A stretch of DNA of 64,000 nt, from assembly GCF_009834535.1 (NCBI RefSeq), contig NC_045707.1, forward strand, positions 49,292,001-49,356,000, written 5' to 3'. This DNA is from Camelus ferus (taxonomy: Eukaryota). Position 1 is the first letter of the stretch. Every line of letters starts with the position of its first letter. The position numbers and the translations under genes are program-made. This document shows positions 12,747 through 24,224 of the stretch, piece after piece. The notes below the pieces were generated by a model. It was not told the DNA's origin, ran no database searches, and was given only the letters and a program-made list of their open reading frames with translations.

Positions 12747-12839
12747 CTATTTCAGAGGAAAATAGGAAACTTAATACTTTTATTTATCTCTTAAACTCAA
12801 GATTTTAAAGATTGGTGGCCTCCTCGTGTTAGGACAAAC

Positions 12840-12957
12840 CTGCTCTTGCTGTACTAAGTTAAGGCTCTGTGCAAAATTGCCCAGTATGTTTGCCAATCTT
12901 ATGCTAAGAAACAAGCTATTTTCATTTTGGAACTTATTAATAACTTCTGAAAGATGT
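12840..12957 (-). pseudogene. Relic exon, uDENN core (HLSEVINKFQNENSLFLSIRLANI / GQFCTEP*)
   Basis: Acceptor gatttcag, donor CAG|gtttgt. Resembles DENND2 YLPEVSYQFP...RLKAIPQFCFP, with a frameshift just before GQFC. The GQFC frame ends phase 1, matching the next exon. Confidence 0.65.
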
Positions 12958-13266
12958 CTGAAATCATATATATAATTTTAAAGCCACATAATTTGTATTG
13001 CTGAGGTTTAAAAGAATCAAAGAAAGAAAATCATCTCAAGCTGAAAGCTTAACTACCATGTTTCAACCTGGAGGTACTTTTTAATCAGAAACTCTAATGG
13101 ATCTTTGACAATAATGTTAGGAATAAAGTTGCTTTAACACAGGAGGGTACCTACTAAATGAAGGGGAACACAGCTAATTGCATGGTAATTGCTTTATATA
13201 CAGTACCTGAAACATGGTATTAGTCGTTTTAGATGATGACAGATGGGTCATAATGCTTTTGCTTAC

Positions 13267-13415
13267 TTTAGCACTGCCACTGCCAAGCAGAAGTCAATTA
13301 ATTTTTACATTTCCATATGAATATTCTCATTTATAGCACTTAATAAGCTTTTTCTTTTTATCTGATTTTACGTTGTTTACCTCCTGCAAATGATATATTG
13401 GGCGGAGATGACCAA
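13267..13415 (-). pseudogene. Relic exon, start of uDENN (..KLIDFCLAVAVL)
   Basis: Acceptor atttattttcag, donor AAA|gtaagc. KLIDFCLAVAV resembles the uDENN first strand (LFEYFVVV type). Ends phase 2, matching the next exon. Internal stop/frameshift. Confidence 0.6.
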
Positions 13416-13789
13416 CTGAAAATAAATGGCAAGAAATATTCTGGAAAATATTGTTTTCTACTCAAGCGGACAGACAAATGGAGATTAGCTCTGACCTATT
13501 CTACTTAAAGTATCCCATGATTATAAAGTCATTTATAATGGGTGATTCACATAGCTTCATTATAATTCTCCCTCTTTCAGTGAACTTTACAACCCTAATT
13601 GATCAATAGCAACTTTCTAATGAGTTATTTCTTATAAGGTACGTATTAGTGTCCTATGGTGGGCTTTCAATGTCTCATTCTGTGGTGTTAACTCTCTTGC
13701 AAAGATAAGGTACAATACAAATTATGATCAGCCTAAATGAATACTTTAATAAATGCTAAAATCCCAAAACCACTGCCATTTTAAAGCCA

Positions 13790-13985
13790 TCTATACAATT
13801 CACAATGAGCTTTCACAAACATTATTTCTCACAACTAACTATGAGGCAAATAAGGAAAAGATCACGATTTTTATGTTATGACTGGATCACTAAAGCTCAG
13901 GAAAGTGGTGACTTGACTTGTCCAAAGTGAGTGAAAATAAAATCAGAACACATACCCTCTGGCTACTGCTTCAGGAATATTTCCT
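13790..13985 (-). mobile_element. MIR SINE (decayed)
   Basis: ctcacaactaactatgagg...cactaaagctcagg...tgacttgtccaaagt. Confidence 0.6.
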
Positions 13986-14139
13986 GTATACAGTATTTAA
14001 TCTTAATTAATTGCTAAATTGTATTTTAAAGTGAAACAATAATTTGAGAAAAGGGAGAAAAGGACAAGGATGAGCTTAATTCTGTTGCACTAGGCACTAT
14101 TCTATGCTGTTTACAAGAGTACCTCACTTTTTAATTTAA

Positions 14140-15230
14140 TAAATAATAACTCCCCTTTCCTCATCCTTCCAGACCCTGGTAACCACCATTCTACTTTATG
14201 TTTCTATGAATTTGACTACTTTAGATACCATGTATTAGTGGAATCATGCTCTATTTGTCTTTTTGTGATTGGCTTATTTCACTCAACAAAATGTACTCAA
14301 GGTTCATCCATCTTGTAGCATGGAGCAACATTTCCATCCTTTTTAAGGATGGATAATATTCCATTGTATATATACATCACACTTTGTTTATCCATTCATT
14401 GTTGGACATTTGGGTTGCTTCTATTTCTTGACTATTGTGAATAGAGCTGCTATGAACATGGTGTAGAAATATCTCTTCAAGAACCTGATTTCAGTTCTTT
14501 TGGATATATACCCAGAAATGGGATTGCTGGATCATATGATGGTTCTATTTTTAATTTTTTTAAAAAACTTCACCCTGTTTTACATAGCAATTGTGCCATT
14601 TTTAAATCCCATCAACATTCACAGCATTCCAATTTCTCAACACTCTTGCCAGCATGTTTTGTTTTGTTTTTTAATAGTTGCCATTCTAATTGGTGTGAGG
14701 TGACCTTATTGTGGTTTTCAATTGGCATTTCTTTGATGATTAGTGATGTTGAGCATCTTTGCATATGCTTGTTGGCCATTTGTATATCATTTTTGAAGAA
14801 ATGGCTATTCAAGTCTTTTGTCCAATTTTTAATCAGGTTATTTGATTTTTGTTGTTGTTGAGTTATAGTTCTTTATATATGCTGGATATTAACTCCCTAT
14901 CAGATAAGTGATTTGCAAATATTTTCTCCCATTCCATAAATTGCCTTTTCACTCTGTTGATTATGTCCTTTGATGCACTAAAGCTTTTAAGCTGATATAG
15001 TCCCATTTGTCTAATTTTGCTTTTGTTGCTGTGCTTTTGGTGTCATGTTCACAAGATCATTGCCAAGTCCAATGTAATGAAGATTTTCTCCCATTTTTTT
15101 CCTAAAGGTTTTATGGTTTTGCATCTTACATTTAGATCTTTAATCCTAAATGTCAAGATTCCCAGCTAATTGTTGTATATGGTCCAACTTTATCCTTTCG
15201 TATGTGAAAGTACAATGTTCCCAATACCAT
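14140..15230 (-). mobile_element. L1 3' end (L1MA/MB-like), antisense
   Basis: ORF 14612..14812 [18 protein letters not shown] is the L1 ORF2 C-terminal region; 3'UTR ccctggtaaccaccattctact. Confidence 0.92.
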
Positions 15231-15254
15231 TTTTTCTTTTTTTTCTTCCATTCA

Positions 15255-15470
15255 TACATTAGAATGCTAATTACGTGCTAAGGGCTCTTCAAAATATTTT
15301 ATGTGTTAATTTACTTAAATCTTACAACTACCCCAAGATAGTCACCACTGCTATTCCCATTCTGCAGATGATGAAACTGAGGCACAGAGAATTCAAGTAG
15401 GTCATATAGCTAGAAAGCACTGAAGCTAAGATTCAAACTCAAGAAGCTCCTTAGCCTCCATTTTCACCAT
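15255..15470 (-). mobile_element. MIR SINE
   Basis: Core attcccattctgcagatgatgaaactgaggcacagag. Confidence 0.85.
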
Positions 15471-15499
15471 TTTGTTATAAAAAAGTATCTATCTAATAA

Positions 15500-15810
15500 T
15501 AATACATTGAGTGTCAACAGATCCTAATATAATTATATTCTAATAAGAGACTAATAGAACACAGAAAATAAGTCCCTGCCCTTGTTCTGCTTACATTTTA
15601 GTTACAATTCTGACACTAAATAAGGAGGCAAATAAGCTGATGATTCAACAGCAAGCAATGAACATACGGTAGAGTGGGGAGAATCTTCTTTATATGATGA
15701 TAGTGTCAAAAAATGCCTTCTTCAGATGTGAGATTTGAGCAAAAACCTGAAGGATGAGAATGAGACAGCCATGTGAAGAGCTAGGGGAAAGGCTTTCTAT
15801 ACAGAGACCA
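15500..15810 (-). mobile_element. L2 fragment
   Basis: aagtccctgcccttg, gtgagatttgagcaaaaacctgaaggatgag. Confidence 0.6.
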
Positions 15811-16433
15811 GCCATCAGAATGTTAAAAATGAATGTTGGTCAGGATCATCATGAGTATAATAAAGAACTTGGTCTTACCTGAAAAAGGGATTGGCCTTTG
15901 ACCATGGCTCTAAGAAGTAACCAGTGTCGTACCTAGTAGGAATACCTTTGCTTAGGGCAGAGGTTAGTCACACAGGCATTAATTTGTGCAATATGAAAGA
16001 GCCTGACTCAGTGCTTGGGCATAGTAAGTCAATACTACAATAGTGAACTTACAGCTGTTCCCAGAATAGCCTCTAAAGTGTGAGGGGCAGAAGATAAGGA
16101 TGAGAGAGATGAGAGAGTAAGAAATAAAAGGTGCCTATATTTAAAAAATTGCCTTAGGGTATTCTGAGATGAGATAATGACCCTCCATGAGATGCTGCTG
16201 CATCATTGGCACCATGAAAATCATTCTCTTGGTCCAATATTCTGTTAAACTAACATGCCTAGGGGAAATCACTCTTTTTGTTTATTTTTTGGAGGGCATA
16301 CAAATTTTCCGTTGACCTCTAGCAACAATGTATTAGGTAGACACAACATTTTCCTTTAGCAATATGAGGTTCAATAACAAATTGTTGATTGATTCAGTAA
16401 TACAGTCATCTATATTTTTTCAGCAACTCTTAC

Positions 16434-16659
16434 ATCATTTGCATATTTTTGTTGTTATTCTGCGTTTCTGGCAGTTAAGTTTGATCTCAAGATCACTGAT
16501 ACAGTTTTTGGAAATGTGATTTCAAATTTCTTTAATTTTTGTTAATCTCTCTTTTTCTCATCCTCCTCATTTTTATTCTACTTATGTCACATCCTTTGCA
16601 TCTTGTGGCTGGGTCCTTTTGGGCCAGTTATTTCACCATTCCCAGTTCCAGCATCTGCA
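16434..16659 (-). pseudogene. Relic exon with multiple stops (one frame reads RNLKSHFQKLYQ)
   Basis: Strong acceptor ccttttatttttag and donor GAT|gtaaga. LKSHFQKL resembles DENND2A LKAHSQRL upstream of uDENN. Stops in all three frames. Confidence 0.5.
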
Positions 16660-17574
16660 CTAAAAATAAAAGGATGAGAACAATGTGATAGGCTCATGGG
16701 CAGGCACAGATATAGAGAGAGTAAGATGCCAGCACAGTACCAAACATATTTGGCTTTCAATATATATTACCTTCCTCTTCAATCACTAACTCAGCCCAAG
16801 ACAGAATAAGTATATATATTTTTTAACAAATGTAAATTCCTAGGTAATCAAAAAATTCAGTAACCCAGGACACACCATTCTGGTTTTAATGTTCTGTTTC
16901 TGTGGAATTACATTTGGAATAAGAAAGGAGAAAGGGAATAGATTTACTAACGATTTTATTACTATGATTAATAACAAATTTAAATTTACTTAGAACCTAA
17001 AAAGATACATTGCCAAGTACTTTAATGTCATATATCAAAATTATTATGATTAATAATAAAAACTAAATATGCATGGTACCTCACAAATTACTTTTGTTTA
17101 AATTATCTCGTTTATTCTTTTATTCTTTAAATAGCATGTGAACTCATTATATAAACTACCTGGCATAAAGATCTCCATTTTATCAAAATGACAAAACTGT
17201 ATCTTACAGCTGTGATCTGGCTTTTAGGAATATAGCTAATAAGAGGCATATTTTGGCTCTAAATCTCATTCTCTTTCACTCCACCTTGTAATTTTGAATT
17301 GTGCTGGATAGTTTTCAAGCCCTTGCATCTGAAGAGACAATTTGTTTGTTTTCCCCACACTCTATTTTCACACCACCAGACTCAACTTGAAGTGTGGAGG
17401 GAACCACCGAGTCCTGTTCCAGGACTCCAGTTCAATTTTCTATCTCCCCAGTGTCATGCCCTCTATTCCACTGGTTTACAAACCCTTCAAGTCTCTAGCC
17501 TTGAGGTCACTTAAGAGCACTTTCTTTGTGTTTTTATCATAGTTTAACAAGTTGTTCCCATAATTTCACTTCAC

Positions 17575-17679
17575 CTTGGCATTTCTGCTTTATCTTCAAA
17601 GACCTGCCCTGACACTTTCGACTTGTTCTGATTTTCCCTACGGCTTCTCCTCAGACTTCAAAAATTATATAATGCATTC
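17575..17679 (-). pseudogene. Candidate relic exon (NALYNF*SLRRSRRENQNKSKVSGQVFEDKAEMP)
   Basis: Acceptor tttgcatcagcag, donor AAG|gtgaag. Ends phase 2, matching the phase-2 start of 16434-16659. Loosely like the DENND2 pre-DENN NxIYxxxRGKKR segment. One in-frame stop. Confidence 0.4.
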
Positions 17680-18026
17680 CTGCTGATGCAAATGACCAAA
17701 ATTGGTATTCACTATTGCAAGCATCTGGGCAAGAGTAGATAGAACAATTTACAGGGCCTAGGAGGAAAGCAAACCAGGAAAAAAAATAAGATAGAATTCA
17801 GCAAAATGAGACTCATGTTCATACAAGGCAGTCTCAAACCTTTACATACCTCCCTCAATTTCTATCATTAAGAAAGTGAGAATATATAAGAGGAGTTGAG
17901 TATTCCAACAAGCCACAGGAAAAGATTCAGGATTTACAAAGGATGTTTAAAAAGCTAAATTCCTGATTTGAGATCTACCAATTTAATCACAGTGAAAATA
18001 ACCATAGTTTGAAATGGTCCTTTCAC

Positions 18027-18160
18027 CGCACTTCCTGTCTATTACAGCCAACCTTTTCCAACTCCGGTCTGTAGGACTAGGCCCTACAGATCCATTCTGA
18101 ATCCCAGCGTTTCCTTGGACTGCAGTTGCTGGCCTTTTTTTGACAGTATCTCCAGTATTT
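18027..18160 (-). pseudogene. Candidate upstream relic exon (NTGDTVKKRPATAVQGNAGIQNGSVGPSPTDRSWKRLAVIDRKC)
   Basis: Acceptor ctctctgttgag, donor GCG|gtgaaa, open frame (within ORF 17983..18246). No recognisable motif. Confidence 0.3.
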
Positions 18161-19064
18161 CTCAACAGAGAGCACAACAGATGGTCAATGCAAAATATTA
18201 CAACTTGGGTCCCTCTCTGGACTTGTTCCAGACCTGCCCCTACCACACACTCAACTCTATATTAACATTGAAAGATTATTCATGTTAGGATCTCCAAATT
18301 TTTACCTGAAACAATAAGCAAATCAGAATCTAAAGTCCAGAGATAACAAACTGAAAATTCAGAACAGCTTTAAGGATTTATCAGCCTGAAAATGTGAAAT
18401 TATCTTCACTGAGGCTAGTACCAAGAACAAAATCCTAGAAATGAGTAAAAGAAATGTGTGAGAAACTCAGTTGGTTCTAATTTAAATTTGATTCAGTAAA
18501 ATGCTAGATTAAGAACACAGACCCTGTACATATTTAAGCAAAACTGTCTATTTTACTTGTGCTAATTTCAACATAAGACCAAGTGGTAGAACTTAAAAGT
18601 TCACATATAAAGTTATAATTTGGCTTTAACACATTTCTTTTTTTAATTTAACAAAAGCTATTTTTTAACTTTCCTAGGCTTTAGATTCCCTTTTGGAAAA
18701 TCTGAATAAATCTTTTCTAATTCCCAGGGATAGGGGCATAATTAAATAAAATATGTGAAAATCTCTAGAAAATTATTCAGCAATTAGATAAATATTATTA
18801 AAGTAAATTAGAAATAGACGACACAAATAATGGCTTTGAATCATTTAAAGCAACATTTATAGTAATATTACATTTACTATCTATTATAGCTGTATACACA
18901 AGCAAATCTGGCACAAGTTCTCATTTTTCTGTCTCTCTTTAAACTCCCAAGCCCTTTGTAATTGTCTTACAGCACTTACCACCCCCTGCCTTATATTATT
19001 ATTATTTAGAATTATTTCTTACTTAAGACTTAAAAAAGGGACAAAAAAAAAAGGATCACTGAAT

Positions 19065-19493
19065 GTCTATATTTGTTTTCTAGGGATATCATAGCAAAGT
19101 ACCGAAAACTGGGTGGCTCCAACAGAGGAAACTTAGTGTCTCACAGTTCTGGAGCCTAGAGGTCTGAGCAATTAAAGGTGTTGGCAGGGTTGGTTCTTCC
19201 TGAGGGCTGTGAGGGAAGGATCTGTTCCAGGCTTCTCTCCTTGGCTGATAGATAGCTGTCTTCCCTCTATGTCTGCACATCATCTTCCATCTGTTGGTAT
19301 TTATGTCCACATTTCCTCTTCTTCTAAGGACATCAGTCATATTGGATTAGGGGCTACCTTAACGGTCTCACTTTAACTTAATTATCCATATAAAGACCAT
19401 ATCTTCAAATAAGATTAAATTCTAAGGTACTGGGGTTAAAGATCCAACATGTGAATTGGGGTGAGGGGGTGCAAATTATTCAACTTATAACAG
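19065..19493 (-). mobile_element. MaLR LTR (MLT1B/C-like)
   Basis: tctcacagttctggag, gttggcagggttggttcttcctgagggctgtgagggaaggatctgttccagg, aaggacatcagtcatattggattagg. Confidence 0.9.
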
Positions 19494-20569
19494 TGTTCTT
19501 TCACTGAAAGCTGGACATTTTCTAGAGAAGTCTTCTGGGGTTTTTAGATTCTACAGGAGATTCTGTAGTTACCTGATTTTTCCATTGTCTTTGATGATTC
19601 ACAATTTGAGATAGATGTTAACTTGTGGAGGTCTGATGGTGATGAAAATGGTTCCTATTTATAGAAATGCAATAAATTTTGCCTTTTGTAGATGTAACTA
19701 ATTACACCCCCATGTAAAGAGGCCTGTTTTATATCAAATGGCAAAATCTTTCAGCATTCTTGATTGCCTATATGTGGTATTATTTAATTCTCTGTCAACT
19801 AGTTTTAACACCTTAATAGCTCCCTAACTAATAAATGAATTAAATATAATCTTTGATATGCTTGTTTTGTATTTGGATGAGCCATAATTTTACCTTGTAA
19901 AAATATATTCTTAACATTTAATTATTCAGCTAGATTGTAAATACCTGAGAACAACTATGCCTGCTTCCTGGGGTATCAGAAACCCCTTGTAGAAGTAGTC
20001 AGGAAATCTAGTTCTCTCACTGTTCTGCCATTTATTAGTTATAGGGGCAAAGGGCCAGGTCTCTTATCACCTCAGTCTTCACACCAGCTCAGTGGAAGGA
20101 TCTTTCTGTGATCATCATCAGTTTGAAATATTCATTATAGTCCATGAGATACTAAGCCAGCTAAAGGCTTTAACCATAATGGCCACTCATTCCATTTTTT
20201 GATACAGAAATAGAAGTTAATAGCCTTTTGCAATGGGAAGAAACTTAGAGATTAGCCCAATGTACACTCATGGATTTAGGTGCTTGTCCAAAGTGAAATA
20301 GGCTATGTCTCTATCCCTACATATATGTATGCCCCATACCACATCCACACTTCCTTAGCTTCCCAATGCCATACTTTTTCAATAGAATGGGATTACAGTG
20401 GCTTCAGGGTTAGGTTGGTGGATGCATGTTGTAGCATTATATCTCAGCCTTAATTCTGCCATCTCTGCCACTGGAAAAGATAGAGCTGAAATAATTCCAA
20501 AAGCAAAGTCTCAAAGCAACAGCTGGTGCTTTCAGATCTGACTACCCAGAGGAACAGATAACAGCAGAT

Positions 20570-20815
20570 AATATTTACTGTGCACTTACAGTGTTACCTG
20601 GTATCATGCTATGTTGTTTACATATATTGACCCATATAAGCTTCTCCTCACACTCTGTGAGGTAGAAAGTGAAATATTAACTTCATTTTACCTATTCAGA
20701 AACTAAACAAGAGAAAGTGAAATAACTTCCCCAAGACCACTCTCCACTCATCTAGTAGGTAGAAGAGCCAGGGTTCAAACACAGTCAATCTCCAGGACCT
20801 TGCTCCCAGTGATTA
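20570..20815 (-). mobile_element. MIR SINE
   Basis: ctctgtgaggtag...cattttac...gaaactaa...aataacttccccaagaccac...agccagggttcaaac. Confidence 0.75.
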
Positions 20816-21454
20816 CACTTTCATCTTTAAAAATAATGAGGCCAACATATTATTCTGTTAATCCTTAAACAATTCTACATCTTGACCAAGTAAAATGTGT
20901 GATTCTACTGTGCTTGTATTGTCTAGACAGCACACACACACAGAGCTGATTTTGTTTTTGTTGTAAAATAGCATCTATTTTGTAAACAGAAAAGCTCAAA
21001 TGTATTACAAATGTGGATTCTTGTTCCATAGCTCCATTTTTAAACTACACTGTATTGTCTGACAAATCTTCATACATAGTATATTACTCTACAAATATAG
21101 CAATAACTTGGCATACAGTATATTACATTGTACTGTTATATACTTTATTATATATCTCATATGTGTTACATACATTTCATATATTAAGAGGTTTAATTCC
21201 AGACACACATTCCTATACACATTTATCCACACATATTCTCTCCCTGTTTTATACATACACACACATATGCACACATATCTCTTTGTTGTGCCTCATCAAA
21301 GGATTTTCAAAGTGAACTGGTAGAATACTTAATATTCTCCAGATTTCTGCTTTAAATTGTTTTCTTGCTTGGCCAAACATCAAAAATGTAGGTATCTATC
21401 CCTTCTGGGAATCACTGAATGCCTATTATATTGGAGAGTAAATAAAAACTCATT

Positions 21455-22257
21455 AATATACTCACAATACTTCTATCACCATATTTGTCAAGATTTTTCC
21501 CACATCAACAAATTCTCCACCTTCCTGGACATCAACTGAATATCCTCCAATTCTGACACTAATTACCTATGTTGGCACAGACCTGACAGGTTAAGGGCTC
21601 ATTTTCACAAAACTGCCACCCACTTCAGATGTCAGTCAGAAGTCCCAGATTGTCACCTGAACTTCTGACCAATTAGCTATAAATTAGGAGTCCCCACCAC
21701 CCTCTCTTCAGTTTTAATTTGTTGCAATGGCTCACAGAGATCAAGGAAACATTTAAACATTTATTGATATTTATCAGTTTATTATAAAGGATATTACAAA
21801 GGACATAAATGAACAGCATGATGAAAAAGTACACGAGGCAAGGTTTGGAATGGTCATGAGTGCAGGAGCTTCTGTTTCCATGGAGTTGGAGTGCACCACC
21901 TTCCCAGCACATGAATGCATTCACCAACATGGAAGCTCTCAAAACCCCATTGCTTAGAGTTTCTATGAAGGTTTTATTATGTGGACACAAATCATTGGCA
22001 ATTAGTGACAACTTCAGTCTCTGGCCCCTTTCCCCTCCCCAGAGGTTGGAGGGTACAGTTGAAAGTTACAACCTTCCAATCATGCCTTTGTCTTTCTGGT
22101 GACCAGACCCAATTCTGAAGCTGTCTAGGGACCCCAGGCACCAGTCATTTCATCAAAATTCAAGAAGACACTCATCAATCTAAAGATTCCAAGGGTCTTA
22201 GAAGTTCTGTGCCAGGATCCAGGGACAAAGATTTCTCATTACATCTCAATTATCACA
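21455..22257. mobile_element. ERV LTR, MER21-like
   Basis: cacttcagatgtcagtc...ttgtcacctgaacttctgacc...ggctcacaga...tttattataaaggatattacaaagga. Confidence 0.8.
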
Positions 22258-24224
22258 GAGGCAATACATTTTGTTTATTATATAAATCAACTTGGCATAT
22301 GTGGAGCTAAAAACAGAGTAAATAAAAACTCTTGGGCACTGTTTAATTTGTATATCAAAACCAAAATAGTTACAGTATAATTAGAAAGAATTCTTTATTC
22401 TTTATTGCAAAGTGCGTGCAGGTCTCCATTTAGGAAACATTTCTTCATCGCTCCTCTTTGTTACCCTCTACCCACCACCCTTCATTAAGGAAGTCTATCA
22501 CTGACATCAACTATCACTCTCTTACTGAAATCTAACAGTTGAGGATCAAAACTCACATCCCGAATTAATCACTAGTAGAATCTGTTCATCCTACACCAAT
22601 ACTTGAAATAAAACCATATGGGGATTTTGTTTATTGTGGAGAATCCACTCATACTAAAGCAACTGTAAGCAAAGTGTATTTATTCAAGATATTAAAGAGA
22701 TGAGAGAGAAGGAGTATATATAGCAGGCATTTTACTTGGAAAAAAATTCCCTAAAACACAGTCATTCCAAATCTCCTCTTAGCTACACGGTCACCCACAA
22801 GAACTTCCCTATCAATAGTTCATGTCCCAAACCTCAGGATCTTTCTGTTCCTTTTCAAAATAATTCAGGTCTTTTCAGTTTCTGATTCCAGATTTAGAAA
22901 TTCTGGATCCACTCTGGTATACAGTCTGCAAAAATGTTATTGATCATAATAAACATGAAGATTTTTCTCTAAGCAAATGAAAGATGATCCACTGATTACT
23001 ATTCAAAACTTCCTAAGAGTGACATGAATTATTATACATTTTAAAATTATTTCATCCATATATCAACTACATAAGAAGGATGAATAATTCTGAGGGCATA
23101 TTGTTGATCAGGAACTAAAAATGCAAATTTACAGTGAAATAAGGACTTGCTTTTTATAAAATTTTCAGCATATTTTGGGTAGATATATATGCTAAGACTA
23201 CTATCTCATCTCCCAGGCAACTTTCTTTTTTCTCCACTTCATATTCTATAAACTCCTGAATTCCAGAGGATACATCTCCAAAGATCTGGCAGAACTAAAA
23301 TTTCAAAAATATGGAACCACAGACCTCATAATTTTGAAGATTAAATAAGATGGTATCTGGCATGAAGAGAAGACTCAGTAAATATTAGTTATTATTATTA
23401 CTTCTGCAGTTTGGTCTACTTTCCTTCACACTCAGAGTGTGGAGATAGGGCGAGGGGTGGAGGAAATGGTCATTAGATCTTTCTCTGTAGGCTCACCTCC
23501 AGACTTAAATATATGACTGACATTGTTTCCTAATATGAAGGACAATATAGTGAGAAATTGCCTAACCTAGCTATAATTCAGGATGGACTGAGGATATAGC
23601 AGTGCATCATTCCTGACAAAACCCCAAAGACAAAAATAACATCAGAGCAAAGCAAGAAACATGTTCAAGAACTAAGTCTAGAAGCCAAGGCTCTCCATCT
23701 GAAGAATTTTAACAAAAATCAAAGACAGTCTAGATGAGAAAATGGACACAAGGCAAGAAAGGCTGTCACAGGAGCCATCATTAAAGGAAAGAGAGAAAAG
23801 AGAGAATAAAAATAAGTTCAGAACACAAGTAACCCATTGTTTCTTATTTATATGAGGACTGCGTGGGGGTTGGGGGATTCTGCATGGTAAAGGTAGTGAT
23901 GAGGAATAGTCAGTTTAATTACTTATTTAATAACTTTCAAATTCAGTCTCATGTTCCAGAATAAACATGAAGTCTATATTTGCTAAACTGATAAATATTC
24001 AGTAACTGTGATCCATCTCATTCAAAAAACCTAGCTGTTCACCTTCCTGCCTCAGTGTGACTCTATTTGCATACTGTTTTCTATCTTGAGGTTTAATTCT
24101 GGCAATCCCTCCATTGTCTGGTATCCTTCTAGGATGAGTCCAACAGCCTTCCCATAAATAATCACCCGATATGTTCATTATCATACACAAAGATCTCTGA
24201 TGCTGCTGTTTTTTTTTTTTAAAA

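Larger units (their letters stand above)
578..18160 (-). pseudogene. Decayed multi-exon (non-processed) pseudogene of a DENN-domain, DENND2-like Rab GEF gene
   Basis: Minus-strand segments with AG/GT splice signals translate to colinear DENN-like motifs: KLIDFCLAVAV, HLSEVINKF..RLANI/GQFC, LFAFLTNISG, DIYPF, LSWNFILIPTI..FYVGI, VEAFI..IVG, FEKFIKEK..DFFEVKTLQNLEEE. Several junctions are phase-compatible, and there are internal stops and frameshifts. Homology judged from memory, not from a search. Confidence 0.7.

Noticed and set aside
578..18160. Intact functional DENND2A/B/C/D gene
   Set aside because: Multiple stops, frameshifts and a decayed donor. Similarity is motif-level only, far below ortholog identity.
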